Source: a virus
Taxonomy: Duplodnaviria > Caudoviricetes
Reading direction: 5' to 3' (one strand)
IMG/VR virus record: IMGVR_UViG_3300042914_000630
Coordinates: 1 to 62,593 of that record
Length of the DNA: 62,593 nt
Part shown: positions 30,486 through 42,600 of the stretch, one piece after another
Numbering within the stretch: the stretch's first letter is position 1
Layout: the number at the start of each line of letters is the position of its first letter
Translations under genes and position numbers: made by a program
Notes under the pieces: model-generated
The model's database searches: none
Seen by the model: the letters and a program-made list of their open reading frames with translations, nothing else
What the model was told of the DNA's origin: nothing

Positions 30486-31318
30486 TGTTTGACCCCGTTT
30501 CAATAGGTGTTATGGGTGGTTTATCGCTTGCTCAGGGAGTCTTTGGTGCGCTTGGTGCATCAAGTCAAGCCAAAGCTCAGGCTATGGCTGCAGAAATCCA
30601 GCAGCGTAATGCAAACTTTCAGGCACAGTGGCAAAAGGAAGCGCAAGATAGAAACACAATGCGCCAGTTCCAAGCCAATCTTGAAAGAAATATTCAAATA
30701 GAAAAAGCAGCCAACAAAGAAAGAGCGATGGCTGAGCTTTATTTAGATAAGACTTTTTCAAATCAAAAGAGTACCCTCAGCAAGCAGACTGCACAAGTCA
30801 ATGCTCAGTTCTTGGCAGCAACCACAAGACGGGGAATGAACCCAACTAGTGGTACAGCCCGAGCCTTGTTCCGTCAGAACATTGAGTCGCTTGGAAATAA
30901 CATGGTGGCTCTAAAGTTAAATCATAGAAGTGCATATCAGGATATTGTAACTCAGCAGCAAGCAAGACTTGCTCAGAGGGCATCATCCATCAGCCCTGAT
31001 CTTGGTGTCTTTATCCCAGCTAAGGGTGGCATTCCAGATAATTCTAGTGCTGCTTTGACAACAGGGCTTATTCAGGCCGGTCTACAGGGCGTTGCAACAG
31101 GAGTTAATACTTATCTAAAATATGGTCAGCAACCAAATCCAAGCCAAGGAGGAGGAAACTCTTCATCTCCTATGCCTTTCTCTGAAAGAGCTGGCGGTGG
31201 AGATACTATGGGAAGCGGTTATTCTGGTCCTTATTCTGGTAGAGGCGGAAATTCACTCCCAGCTTATACAGGAATGGGTAGTGCATCTTTTTCTGATATT
31301 CAAACTTTTCAATTTTAA
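30485..31318 (+). CDS. Internal virion protein (gp14-like)
   Basis: M.DP.S hydrophobic start, A/Q-rich helices. Confidence 0.7.
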   Translation: MFDPVSIGVMGGLSLAQGVFGALGASSQAKAQAMAAEIQQRNANFQAQWQKEAQDRNTMRQFQANLERNIQIEKAANKERAMAELYLDKTFSNQKSTLSKQTAQVNAQFLAATTRRGMNPTSGTARALFRQNIESLGNNMVALKLNHRSAYQDIVTQQQARLAQRASSISPDLGVFIPAKGGIPDNSSAALTTGLIQAGLQGVATGVNTYLKYGQQPNPSQGGGNSSSPMPFSERAGGGDTMGSGYSGPYSGRGGNSLPAYTGMGSASFSDIQTFQF

Positions 31319-31331
31319 ACGGAGGTAGTTA

Positions 31332-32384
31332 ATGGCTAAGAAAGATCTTATGTCTTCTTTGCAGAAGATTGCTTCTGAATCTATAACCGGAACAGTAATA
31401 CCGGAAGCAAAAGAACAAGAATTAATTGATACTCAAGATGTTGCAAAGATTAAGCAGATTGCTGAAGTTGCAAATCGAATGTATCCAAATAACCCAGCTA
31501 ATCGTTTTAATTACTGGAAAAAGAATATTAGTATAGATGGTATGTCAAACACTGCTAGAAATGAGTATTGGAAGATATACCAAAACACTCACCCAAGAGG
31601 TTTAGATGGTGCTAAGTCTGATTTTGTAAATGTAACTCTAAACGAAATTAACCTAATTAATGGTGTTTCAAATAAAGAGTTTTTCTTACGAGATCGTCTT
31701 GATAACTCACCATCATGGGCTAAGGAAGTACTTGAACCAGAACTTGCAAAGCTATCAACAACTGTTGCAAATGCAAACCTAAGCAAAGCAAGTCAAGTCT
31801 ATAGCAAAAGCCTAGAAGAAAAGGTTAACACCTTTATTCTTCAGAATGATTTAGATCCAGATGTTTCCGTTGAACAACACACAGCCGACTTTGTAAGATT
31901 AGAGCAACTGAATTTATTTGATGTTGCTAATGTTATTAATGGTCGTATTGGAATCTATGGACAGAACAATGAGTTTGTTCCCGGCTTTGCTGTAGAAAAT
32001 AGACAACAGGTATTCCCTAAAGATCAGTTCGGTGCTCCTTCGTTTGCTGAGCAAGTATTAGTTCGGGATAATGCAATCAACCCAATCAAACAAGCAGTTG
32101 ATATGAAGCTCTCGGCACAACGCTCAGCTATTTCAATGCAAGAGCGACAGTCTGCAATGGAAGCCACAAAGCTTCTTGAGCAAGGCTTCTATACTATTGA
32201 TCGCTGGGGAGAGGCATTTTCAATCAATGCCGAAAGCAGTCCTAAAGACCAGATCATTCGTGGTCTTAAAGGAGAGATTGCCAGCAAAAGAATCACTAAT
32301 GAACAAGAACTTGCTGAAAGTATTTACACAGCAATGACAAAGTATCCAAACATGTTCGGAGATTTAAATGGCAAAACAGAATAA
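31332..32384 (+). CDS. Putative internal virion protein
   Basis: GGAGG SD; position in ejection-protein cluster. Confidence 0.6.
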   Translation: MAKKDLMSSLQKIASESITGTVIPEAKEQELIDTQDVAKIKQIAEVANRMYPNNPANRFNYWKKNISIDGMSNTARNEYWKIYQNTHPRGLDGAKSDFVNVTLNEINLINGVSNKEFFLRDRLDNSPSWAKEVLEPELAKLSTTVANANLSKASQVYSKSLEEKVNTFILQNDLDPDVSVEQHTADFVRLEQLNLFDVANVINGRIGIYGQNNEFVPGFAVENRQQVFPKDQFGAPSFAEQVLVRDNAINPIKQAVDMKLSAQRSAISMQERQSAMEATKLLEQGFYTIDRWGEAFSINAESSPKDQIIRGLKGEIASKRITNEQELAESIYTAMTKYPNMFGDLNGKTE

Positions 32385-35300
32385 TGTAAGTAAAGAACTA
32401 CAAAAGTTACTTGGTGGTTCTAAGAATTTAGATCCCATTGAACAAACAATATTTGAGACAGGCCCACAGGCTGGATTCACTCCACCAGAAGTTGCCAATG
32501 TTTATCAAGAAGGTCAGACACAGTTTGCTCAGCAGCAGATCGGTGTCGAAGCTGCTAACATTGATTGGTATACTCTTGGTCAGAATGCTTCTCAGCTTGC
32601 AGCACAGACTTACGAAAATGTACTAGACTACCTTATTACATCTAAAAGAAATGGTGTAGTTGAATTAAAAGATAAGTATCAGAGTACTTTGGATGATTAT
32701 TATCTCCAGCAAAGTACTGAGCTTTATAACGCAGACAAAGAAAAAAGACCACCAAACTCCAAAGTAATCAATGATTTGGTAACACGAATCAAAGAAACTA
32801 AGGATGCTTTTAAGACTGATGCTATTAAAGTATTAGGTAATGATGGTTACTTTGCGGAAGATCTTGATGTACCAAGCTTAGGTCTTAAGTACCAAGAGTT
32901 GGCTGTAACATCTAGAAACTCTTTACGAGATATTGATAGGTTTGCAAATAAGCTTCTCTATGAAACACAGAGAGTTGTTAATGGTCTTGTCAAAGAAGAA
33001 GAAGGCTTTAGTGCATGGAAAAATGGAGCTGGTGTTAGAGATCCTAAGATTCAACCACAAGTTTTCATGGGAGTCTTGCCACTACCAACTCATCCAGACA
33101 ATCCAGAACTACCTATCATTGGATTTGAAAAAGACATGTCTGGTAATTGGATGCCCCTTTCAGCAACTGATCCAATGACAGGCGCACAAAACGCTCCTGT
33201 AATTCAAAGAGCAGATGGTAAGTGGTATCTAAGACCTGAATATATTGATGCTTTTAAATCAGCAGATGAGTTTAAAACACTGATAGATATTGATCAGTAT
33301 TCTTACGGTCCATATAGTGCTGTAAGTAATGCAACAGGTCAGTTTACTGTTGATATGGAAAGAATAATAAAAGATGTTGTAGAAACTGAACAGCCAAACA
33401 TTGGAGTAGCTGCTTATGTTTCAACTGCTCTTGCTAATATTCCAGATCATCTTGCTGATAATGCAATAGATCGTATTGATGGTCTTGATGAAGATCAGAA
33501 GATCAAGCTATCTATGATGCGTATGCATGTCAAGAATGGTTTTGAAATCCAGCAGCTTCCGCAAATCACAGGTCTTAAGAGAGATCTACTTAAGTCTACT
33601 TATGGTAGAGTGCAGAAACTAAAAGCAGGAACTACAATTTATAATGTAGCAGAAAACGAACAAGAAGTAGAAAAGTTTGCGGAGTTAACTTCAATTCTTT
33701 CTGCTGTTATGCAAGAATATGGCTCTCCTCTTGACGAAGATGCTCTGTCTTTTGAAGCTACTGGTCAAAATCTAATTGACGAAACACCAGAGATGTCTGC
33801 TTCTGCATTGCTCACACAGAATCCTCAGCTTGTCCCAATGGTTGCTAGAATTGCTGCAACACTGGATGCGAACGAAAATCTGTATAGAGATAATCCAGAA
33901 CAAAAAGCAGAAGACATGAAGAAACTATTGAAGGAACATATCAAAAGAGAAGGCTATTTGGTAATGCCAAATGATGCTACAGGTATTCCTAATATTCTGT
34001 ATGCACCCAATCTAATGTACTTTAATGGTGCAAGAGATACACTACTAAGCCCACAAAAGCTTGCTGGTCTACCAGAGGAAAAGCGAGAAAGACTGATAGC
34101 TGATCCTAGAGAACAAAACAAAGCTCTTGCCAATGCTCACCTATTCAGCACAAACTGGACAGGCAATGTTGGTGGTGAAAACCTAGAGGATATTGCTCTT
34201 CGTTTTGCTCAGCGAATAAGCCCTAAGCTTGATACTGAAGTCTTTACGACTTTAGTTAATGGAGCTGTTTATACTAAGCGAGATGATAAAGGAGCTAGAG
34301 TTCGTAGCGCAATGCCATTGGCAGAATTGCTGCGACTAACTATTGCTGCAACTCCATCAGCAATGGAAAAGCAAGGCTTGACTCCAAGCATTAGCGAAGA
34401 AACACGACCATCTTTTGATGATCGCTTGGCATATGCTAAAAAGATTTATGATGATCTTCCTATGATGTCAGAGCAAGGAGCTATTCCTTGGCTACAAGCA
34501 GACCTAGATATCACACAGCAGAACTATAACTTTGTGGGAACACCAAGAGGTGGCCTCCCTATTAAGTTCCTTGAAATCAAAGGAACATCGGGAGTCGATT
34601 ACAAAGATGTTATGACTGTTCGTGGTTCTAAAGAACTTGGTGCTATTACTCCAAGAACAAATGATGGTATGCCTTTAATCTTTATTCCATCTCAAACAGA
34701 TAAATCTGGAGATGTAGCTAAAGAGTTTAAGGATGGCTTGAATAGATATCTAGAAGCAGAGCAAGGTGATTACAACATTGCTCCTGTATCTTACGATGTA
34801 GAGTCTGTTCCCAACAGAGGACCAATGACTCCTGCAGAGGTCTTTAGTCAAGTAAATGAATCATATCTACCAGCTAGAGCTGCTATCTTGGTTAGCGTAG
34901 ATGAGCCACTTTCATCTTTTGAAAAGGCTCTCACATTCTTTACACAAAACAATACAGCATTCCATGATATTGTTAAATCAGATCCTGAGTTGACAGATGT
35001 TCAGAAGCTAGCTTGGGAAGTTGCTATTACCCCAGATGGTAAGCAAATCTACAATAAGAACAAAGCACTGTTTACAGAAGAAAACCTTAGGCTTCTTTAC
35101 GACAAGGCTGTAGCAAATGGAGCTAAGACCCATGTTGATTTCATGGGTTATATCTTCAATGCAATGAGAGTCTATGGCGATAATAAGGAGCTTGTTGGTG
35201 GTCGTTTAACAGGTGTAGAATATGTAACCAAGTCAACATCAGAAGACTTCTTAGGAAAAGAAGGAAAGAAAGCTGGCATTGTTCTTTATGAACCAACCAG

Positions 35301-36573
35301 CCCAGCTTTCTATGATGGCGTGTTTGATCGTCTAAATCAAGGATATAACCTCTACAAAAAAGACGGTCAGTTCTATATGTTTACACCCGACAAAGCAACT
35401 AAAGATTTTACTATGGTTATTGATTCTTCAAAGCCACAAGAAGTAGTTGAATCTGAAGTTGGTAAGTTTAAGGTTAAGCAGGATAGAGTTAATAAGGCTA
35501 AGCAGATGTTCTTCACTGGAAAGAAGATGCCAAGTTCTAAAGGCATTGCTGAACTAGCCAGACCTTCCACAATCTCTGCAGAAAAGATCGACAGCTTCCA
35601 TAAAGATTTTATGAAGTACTCTTATGATAATGATCTGCAGGAGTTTACTGATTTCCGTTTTATTGATTGGCCTCAGATTTATGCAGAGCACGGTCGCTTC
35701 CCCTTTAAGCCAGCAGAAGTTCCTGAGCAATACTTCTTGCCCGGACATTCGGCTAGCCTAAGCAGACGCGGTAAACTAGCTCTTAAAAATATCAGAGACA
35801 AAGACGCTACCTTTATTGGAGCTGGTGTTGATGAAGCAATGAAGGATGTTGAACCTTTTGTTTCATTAGATGGCTATCAGCCACATCAGGTTCTCCTAAA
35901 ACTTAATGCTTACTTACGAGGAGCTAGTGCTGGTCTAGTATACGGTGCGTTGGATGCGGCAAAGACCGAAGAAGATGTCTACCGTATGGAAGGCGTAAAG
36001 CAAGAGCCAATGAAGTGGTTCAATAAAATCTTTGGTAATGACGATACAGCTCTGTTGCGAAGAAGCAAGATGCCTTCTGGTGATAACATAACAATTCCAG
36101 AAAAGGCATTTAATCTTGTTAACTTTGCAAAAGCTACTGATTATCCTTATGACTCAAAAGCATTTGGTGGTCTTTCTCAACAGGCGTGGACTACGATTAA
36201 GGAATCTAAGTTTACTCCACTAGAGTTAGAATATCAAATCAGAGTACAGGCTGCAACAACGCATAAAGACAAGAAAGAAATTGAGCAACTAAATGCCGCA
36301 CTTGAAACTATTGCAAACGACTCGTTTGTATTGGATTCAACAAAGGCAAACCAGTTTGCCACTGAGCTTTATCAGGCATCCTTGTCTCCACAAGAAACTA
36401 TGACAAAAGAAGAAGCAAAGGCATTGGCTTTCAATCCAGCTGCATTGGTTGAGATCAAAAGACGATACTTTGCTATGACACTAAAACCAGATGGGTACTT
36501 TACCCGTCCCGGCAAGAATGCTTTTACTTCAAGAGTAAGCATGATTTCCGATATGCTTAAACAACAACAATAA
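32368..36573 (+). CDS. Large internal virion protein (gp15-position)
   Basis: 1401-aa helical ORF; synteny. Confidence 0.65.
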   Translation: MAKQNNVSKELQKLLGGSKNLDPIEQTIFETGPQAGFTPPEVANVYQEGQTQFAQQQIGVEAANIDWYTLGQNASQLAAQTYENVLDYLITSKRNGVVELKDKYQSTLDDYYLQQSTELYNADKEKRPPNSKVINDLVTRIKETKDAFKTDAIKVLGNDGYFAEDLDVPSLGLKYQELAVTSRNSLRDIDRFANKLLYETQRVVNGLVKEEEGFSAWKNGAGVRDPKIQPQVFMGVLPLPTHPDNPELPIIGFEKDMSGNWMPLSATDPMTGAQNAPVIQRADGKWYLRPEYIDAFKSADEFKTLIDIDQYSYGPYSAVSNATGQFTVDMERIIKDVVETEQPNIGVAAYVSTALANIPDHLADNAIDRIDGLDEDQKIKLSMMRMHVKNGFEIQQLPQITGLKRDLLKSTYGRVQKLKAGTTIYNVAENEQEVEKFAELTSILSAVMQEYGSPLDEDALSFEATGQNLIDETPEMSASALLTQNPQLVPMVARIAATLDANENLYRDNPEQKAEDMKKLLKEHIKREGYLVMPNDATGIPNILYAPNLMYFNGARDTLLSPQKLAGLPEEKRERLIADPREQNKALANAHLFSTNWTGNVGGENLEDIALRFAQRISPKLDTEVFTTLVNGAVYTKRDDKGARVRSAMPLAELLRLTIAATPSAMEKQGLTPSISEETRPSFDDRLAYAKKIYDDLPMMSEQGAIPWLQADLDITQQNYNFVGTPRGGLPIKFLEIKGTSGVDYKDVMTVRGSKELGAITPRTNDGMPLIFIPSQTDKSGDVAKEFKDGLNRYLEAEQGDYNIAPVSYDVESVPNRGPMTPAEVFSQVNESYLPARAAILVSVDEPLSSFEKALTFFTQNNTAFHDIVKSDPELTDVQKLAWEVAITPDGKQIYNKNKALFTEENLRLLYDKAVANGAKTHVDFMGYIFNAMRVYGDNKELVGGRLTGVEYVTKSTSEDFLGKEGKKAGIVLYEPTSPAFYDGVFDRLNQGYNLYKKDGQFYMFTPDKATKDFTMVIDSSKPQEVVESEVGKFKVKQDRVNKAKQMFFTGKKMPSSKGIAELARPSTISAEKIDSFHKDFMKYSYDNDLQEFTDFRFIDWPQIYAEHGRFPFKPAEVPEQYFLPGHSASLSRRGKLALKNIRDKDATFIGAGVDEAMKDVEPFVSLDGYQPHQVLLKLNAYLRGASAGLVYGALDAAKTEEDVYRMEGVKQEPMKWFNKIFGNDDTALLRRSKMPSGDNITIPEKAFNLVNFAKATDYPYDSKAFGGLSQQAWTTIKESKFTPLELEYQIRVQAATTHKDKKEIEQLNAALETIANDSFVLDSTKANQFATELYQASLSPQETMTKEEAKALAFNPAALVEIKRRYFAMTLKPDGYFTRPGKNAFTSRVSMISDMLKQQQ

Positions 36574-36609
36574 CCTATTCATGGCGCATAGCTCCCAGAA
36601 AGGATACTA

Positions 36610-39600
36610 ATGTTAAATTTCTCTGAAGGTTTTCCCATAATTCCAGAGACACCATCGGCGGGGCCATTGAGACTCAATGCTTATTCCCCCGGTCAGGTAC
36701 TGGCTGCTTATGACGGAGATGATCTAGAGTTCCTAGATCCATCTCAGTTAACCAATCCACTCGTTTATACCCGAGGGGATATCAAGAAGGTAGAAACCTA
36801 TAACCAGTACTACGCACTAACACAAGCTCTTGGTGCTTTGGAAGGAAACCTTACTGGTGTATCAGACGGCATTCTTGGTATTGCCAATGATCCCACAAAG
36901 GGTGCAGCATGGCGACAACTAATCGGTAAAGCTCCACTAACACCTATTCGTTATGGTGATTCTGAGCTTACTCAAGAAGCCATTGATGCAGATCTAAAGA
37001 GTCTAAACATGATGCTGGAGGCCGAGGAGGGGGTAGATTTTTCTACCCTCTCCTACGACCAGCTATCAGATAGACAAAAGCAAATAAGAGATATCACTGC
37101 AAAAGTTTCGTATGCTGAGGCAAGAAACAAGGCAGCTGAAAAGCTTGGCTTTGATTGGCTTGATCAAGTCGCAGCACAGGATATCTTTGGAATAACAAGT
37201 ATACTATCAGATAAAGAATTGGCTGGAGATACTCAAGATATTGAAAAGCTAATGAACAGAGAAGATCCAAACTTTGATTATAAGTCATGGTTTGGTACTA
37301 AATTCTCAAATGAAATTGTTTCTCAGTACCTTGTTGAAAATGGAATCACAGACGATTTCATTAGCGACTCTCCAAATGCAGATCACGCAATGATGCGTAT
37401 CATGGCTCAGTTGAATACATCCGATATTCAAAGACGGATGGAAACTTATAAGCCAACAAATCTAGATTCTTTTAGATTACTTAGAGATGGCTTTATCGGC
37501 GGTATGATCAACAGCCCAGACACAATTCCAAGCGTTGTAGCTGAACTAGGATTAGTCGGTATTTCAACCTTGGCTGGTTCTTTGCTTGCTCCCGGCGCAG
37601 GAACCGTTGCTGGTGCTGCTGCTGGTGTAGCCGCAGCTGAGGGTATCTCTACGGCACTAGGCGCATCTTCAGTCTTTATGAGACTCAAGAAAGCATATGA
37701 TGCTTCTACCTTTGCTGGTCGTGCTTTACGGGCAACTGCCTATACTACAGAAACCCTTTATAAGCTTCCATTGGGTATGATGCCCGGTTATGTAGCAAAC
37801 TTTGGTTTGATTCGCGGAGCTACTGCATCATTTACTTTCGGTGTTGTACAGGGTGGTCTTGCAGAGTACGCTAGACAAAAGCGAGAGATTGCTTTTGGTG
37901 CAGCAACTCTATATGCCAATCCAAATGCAATGACCGATTACAATGCTTCTCTAATAGCTACAACTGCTTTAGAGTCTGGCCTATTGTTCGGCGGTGTCTT
38001 CGGTCTTGGTGGTGGCTTACTCCGTAGTGGTATTGGTGCATTTCAGAATAGAGTAAAAGGTGTAATGATCGACCCCAAGACAGGGTTTAGAAACATTGCA
38101 GACACTCGCTTTACTTTTGAGAACACCCCGCTAGGAAACACAATAGATAATATCCGTGGCTTTGTAAACAGAAAAGAACGAGCACTTATTGATGCTCCTG
38201 TCACTGAGAAAGCAGCTGTAGAATCTGTAATTGAAAACACAGAAGTAACTCCAGAAAAGTTAGCAGCAGATACAGAAGCACGGGTAGATCGTGTCGAAAC
38301 AAGAGAGGCTACTGCTTCTCCTGATGCCGCAAGAGCGACACCAGAAGACGCTGGTACACGCAGATATGAAGGCGAAACAATCCCTGAGTATGTTGCCCGT
38401 GTTGGTCCTAACAGAGCAGTCCGAAACATCTATGAGATTGTTACCGAGGTTGCTAGACGAACAAAAGCAGAAGGCAGTGAGAGACTTATTGAAGCCTCTG
38501 AACAGTTTGATCAGATGTCTATTCAAGACCAGATGCGTGTTCTATTCAATACCAAAAAAGTATTGGATGACGCGAAGAAAGCTGAGACAGATGCTGTCGG
38601 TCTTCCAAAAGAACGAGAGCGTCTTTATGATGAGCTAGAGAAAAGTCGAAAGGCTTGGTTTGCTCGTCTTAAGAAGAAGCTACCAAAGGAAGCTTTCAAA
38701 GCACTTAAGGAAGAGCTAGAAGAAAACAAAAAGGCTTCAGGCAGAAAGCTACCTGAGCTTCTTAAGGAAGCCAGAGATACAGCAAAACCAGCTGCAGAGC
38801 GCAAGGCTGCTTCTGATGAGATGGCTGCTAAGTTGCTTGAGTCTATTTCAGCAGCTGCTGCTTCTCCTGAGCGTGAAGCCCAGATCAAAGCACAAGTTCC
38901 ACCAGAAGTTATTGATACAGTAGATGCTGCAATTGTAGAACACAAGCTTACGGGTACAGTAAGTGACGCAACTGCTGAAGCTCTTAAGGCTGATATTGCA
39001 GGTGTAAAGAAGCAACCAAAAGTTGGTCCTGTAGATAGAATGCTAAATGCAATTTCAAAAAGCATAATTGCAGCTAAGATTGATCCCAATCGTGTAAAAA
39101 AGATTAAAGCTGTAATCAGAGATCCTGATGCATTCGTTAGTCTTGTAGATGGCGATAAAGATAATGCTACTAGGTTCTTTGATTATCTAAATGAACTGGT
39201 TATCAATAATATGATTTCCAGCGCAGACAGACAATTAGTACTTGCTTCTGTTGTTCATTTAAACTTTAGTTCAAAAGCTTTTGGTATTAATTTTAAAGTT
39301 GAAAGCATTCTTGACAAAGCAGGAAACAAGCAAGAGGATCTTATCGGCTCGTTTAGACGCTCTAATAACTCCTTGATTATGAACTTGGATTTTGCTGGTA
39401 CTACTAATGATTTAAAGAGAAGACGAGCAAAAGCTTTACTCCATGAGCTAGGTCATGCTTATTTTGCTCACGAAGCAAGTGGTGATAACTATCTATCGGC
39501 TTTGCGTCTGTACAATAAAACAATTATTTCAAGCGGCATTGAGCTGATGCGGTATCGACCAGATACTCCAGATCCTCTATTGAATTCAGGTTTCTTAAAT

Positions 39601-42600
39601 CAGTATCATATGCAGAATGCTGAAGAAGTCTTTGTTCAGACCTTCTCTCAGATTCTGTTCTCAGAAGCAGAGGCTGTTATTGGAACATGGAGTCCAATGC
39701 AAGTCAGTCGAACAAAGTTTGTTCTAGACAAGATTGCAACCAGTGTTGCACTAGCTGCTACACTGTTTGATAGTTCAGAACACTACGCAGCTGCAAAAGA
39801 AATCATTGACTCTATTACAGACATTGATAATAAAACAAAGTCATTCATCTCAATGCCAACATTGGCTAGAGCATATGGCAATCTCCACAGCATGCTTGAC
39901 TCAGTTGATGATCTGGCTGAATATAATAAGAAGCTTGATGCTGAGTTCCCTGATAGAGATATGAAACCATATCATCTAAATAAAGCTGAGCTAACTCTAT
40001 TTAAAAATAGCAGTAAAGATCCCGGCTTCATAATTGCAATGACCATTATGAAAGCAGATCAAAAGAGTTTTGTCGATTCTAATGGTAACTTTACTCGCGG
40101 CATTAATGATCTAGTAAAAGCCTATAAGGAATACAAACTAGCTCAGCTAACCTCAATGCAAATTAAAGTAGCATTCTTGGTTGGTTCTAATGATTATAAA
40201 GTACTCAAAGGATTGGATAAATTTGATAGACTTGACTTTGTAAAAGACGAGTTGTTCTCTCTTTATTCCCGTGAGTTTGTAAATGGTAAATCAAAGCGAA
40301 CAATCCTACCAGCTACCTATGAAGATCTGGATGCTTTACGCAATCTAGATACAATGGATTATTTAGATCCCACTGGTAGCAGTGTTCCTTATGCTGTCGG
40401 TTTCTTTGGAACAACTGGTGATATTCTAATTGATGCTATTGAGTCAGTCGTTCCTACCGGAAAAGCTCTGGCTTCTGATACACTATCTGCAGAACAAGTA
40501 TCTGCACTAGTTGGAAGCTTGAGAGTAGACGATGCATTAACCACCAATCTAATAGATCAGCTCCGAGTTTATTTGGATAACATTGGATTGGAAGAACTAT
40601 CTGAAGTTGTTATAGAAGCACAGCATCTTGCGTATATTCAGAAACTGAAAAACGATGGCATGCTGGATATAGAAGAACCTTCTAGATCAACTCCAGAATG
40701 GTCTAATAAACAAATAGCTATCACATCTCTTGGTTTGATGCTGAAAGAAAAACTATCCGTAGATCAAATCAAAGTAATCTTGAAAAACAATCTTTCAAGT
40801 TCTATGTATACTTATCTAATCAATAATCACAAGATACCAAAGAAATTGATTGGTGCGGTTAGTAAACTACTGGAAGAAGATGGTATTGTTCTAAACGAAG
40901 ACTCTAAAACATGGGGTATTAGAACAAGTAAGCCAGCAACTAAAGTTACAGCGGCTGCTCAAGAAGCAGCAGTTAGCTTTGAGTCTACAGCTCTAACAAA
41001 GGATAATCTAGTTGATGTTGTTTCTCGTATTATCAAACAATCAATGCGAGGAAATGTTACAGACAATTACTTTGTAGATGCTGCTGGAAGTATGATTACG
41101 CCTAAGCCTGATGCAAAGACTGTGGGTAAAAAAGCTTATGCTGGTAACTTAGAGCTAATTCTCTCTAAGATTGAAAACGGTAGTTTAAAGACTGTTAAAG
41201 ATCTTATCGGTTATATTCACACTACCGCATTCAATCTAAAGAAGGCAGATGTAGCTGAAAGAGAAAGCTTAGAAACCCCAGATGGCGTAGAGAGAACTGT
41301 TGTTGAAGGTCGTCCAGCTACCGCTGCTGATAGAATTGTCACAACCAAAAAAGGTATTCGTAAGACAATTCTTACAGAAGCTCTGGATTTAAACACAGGT
41401 ACAAATGGTAGGCTGCTTACTGCAGAAGAAACCGAACTTGTTAATGTATTTACTACAGCACCAACCAACAAAGAAGCTGGCGTTAAACTTGGTGTTTCAG
41501 AATCAACAGCAGGAAGATATAGAAGAACTCTAATTGCCAAGCTTGTTGATGTCTTTGAGCAATCAGCAATCAGTTTGGATAGCGGCAGAGATCAGATTAT
41601 CTCTGGTCTAAATAAACACTTTGATACTGTAGAGAAAAAAGTAAATGCAGCTAAGCCAAACAGTGAAGAGGCTGTCATTAAAAAGGCAAAAGAAAAGAAG
41701 CCAAAGCCAGAAGCAGATCCCGTTGTTTCTGGAGCAAGAGCTTTGCAAACAGCGGCTTTAGCTGAAAAACTTAGAAACAAAAATCCAGAAGCTGTTATTG
41801 TTCCCTTGCCAAAAGACGCTGAAGGTGTTATGTACAAGGTTACTGATGAAGTTACTGGCAATGAACCAGAAAAGGTTTTCCGGCCTTCTGAACAAGCTGA
41901 TGCTGTTATGCATGGATCTCCAACAGCGTCTAAAGAAGCTGTATCGTTTGTTCCAAAGAAGCCTTTGCCCATGAACTATGGGACCAGTACAGATCTAACA
42001 TCACAGCCAAAGAAACTAGAAAGCACTCTTAAGAGCGCAAGTAGACTTGGTGTTGATGCTCTTGTATTCAAGGATGGTTCTGTAATTCCTGTTAATATCG
42101 AAGAACTTCCAGTTATCGGTAAGACAGAAGTTAAGAAAGAACCTGATGCTGAACCTGAAGTTACTCTCACTGTTGAGAATAAGAAACCAGTACTTAGCGT
42201 TATTTCTAAAGAGCGCAAGCCAACAGAACCAAAACCAAAGAAGGAAAACTTCCCTGTTAAGGTTGAAAAGAAGAAGCTGCCACGCAAACCAAAAGCAACA
42301 ACAGCTGCTCCTGAAACCACAGGACCAAGAATTCCAATGCCTCCTAAGAAGGAGGTTCCTGTTGAAAAGACTCCAAGTGATCAAGTAAAGACACCTGAGG
42401 TCGATGTCGTTGAGCGTAAGGTCAATGAAGACCCAAAGCTTTTACGACAGTCTGGAATGGATTCTAACTTCTTGAAAACATTCATTAAGAAGTATTGGGA
42501 GTCAAAGGTTGAGGCTGATGGTCGCAATACAATGACACCAATGTTTAAGAAAATGTGGTCACACTTTGTGAATGTAAACCAATACATTGCAGATGCCAAT

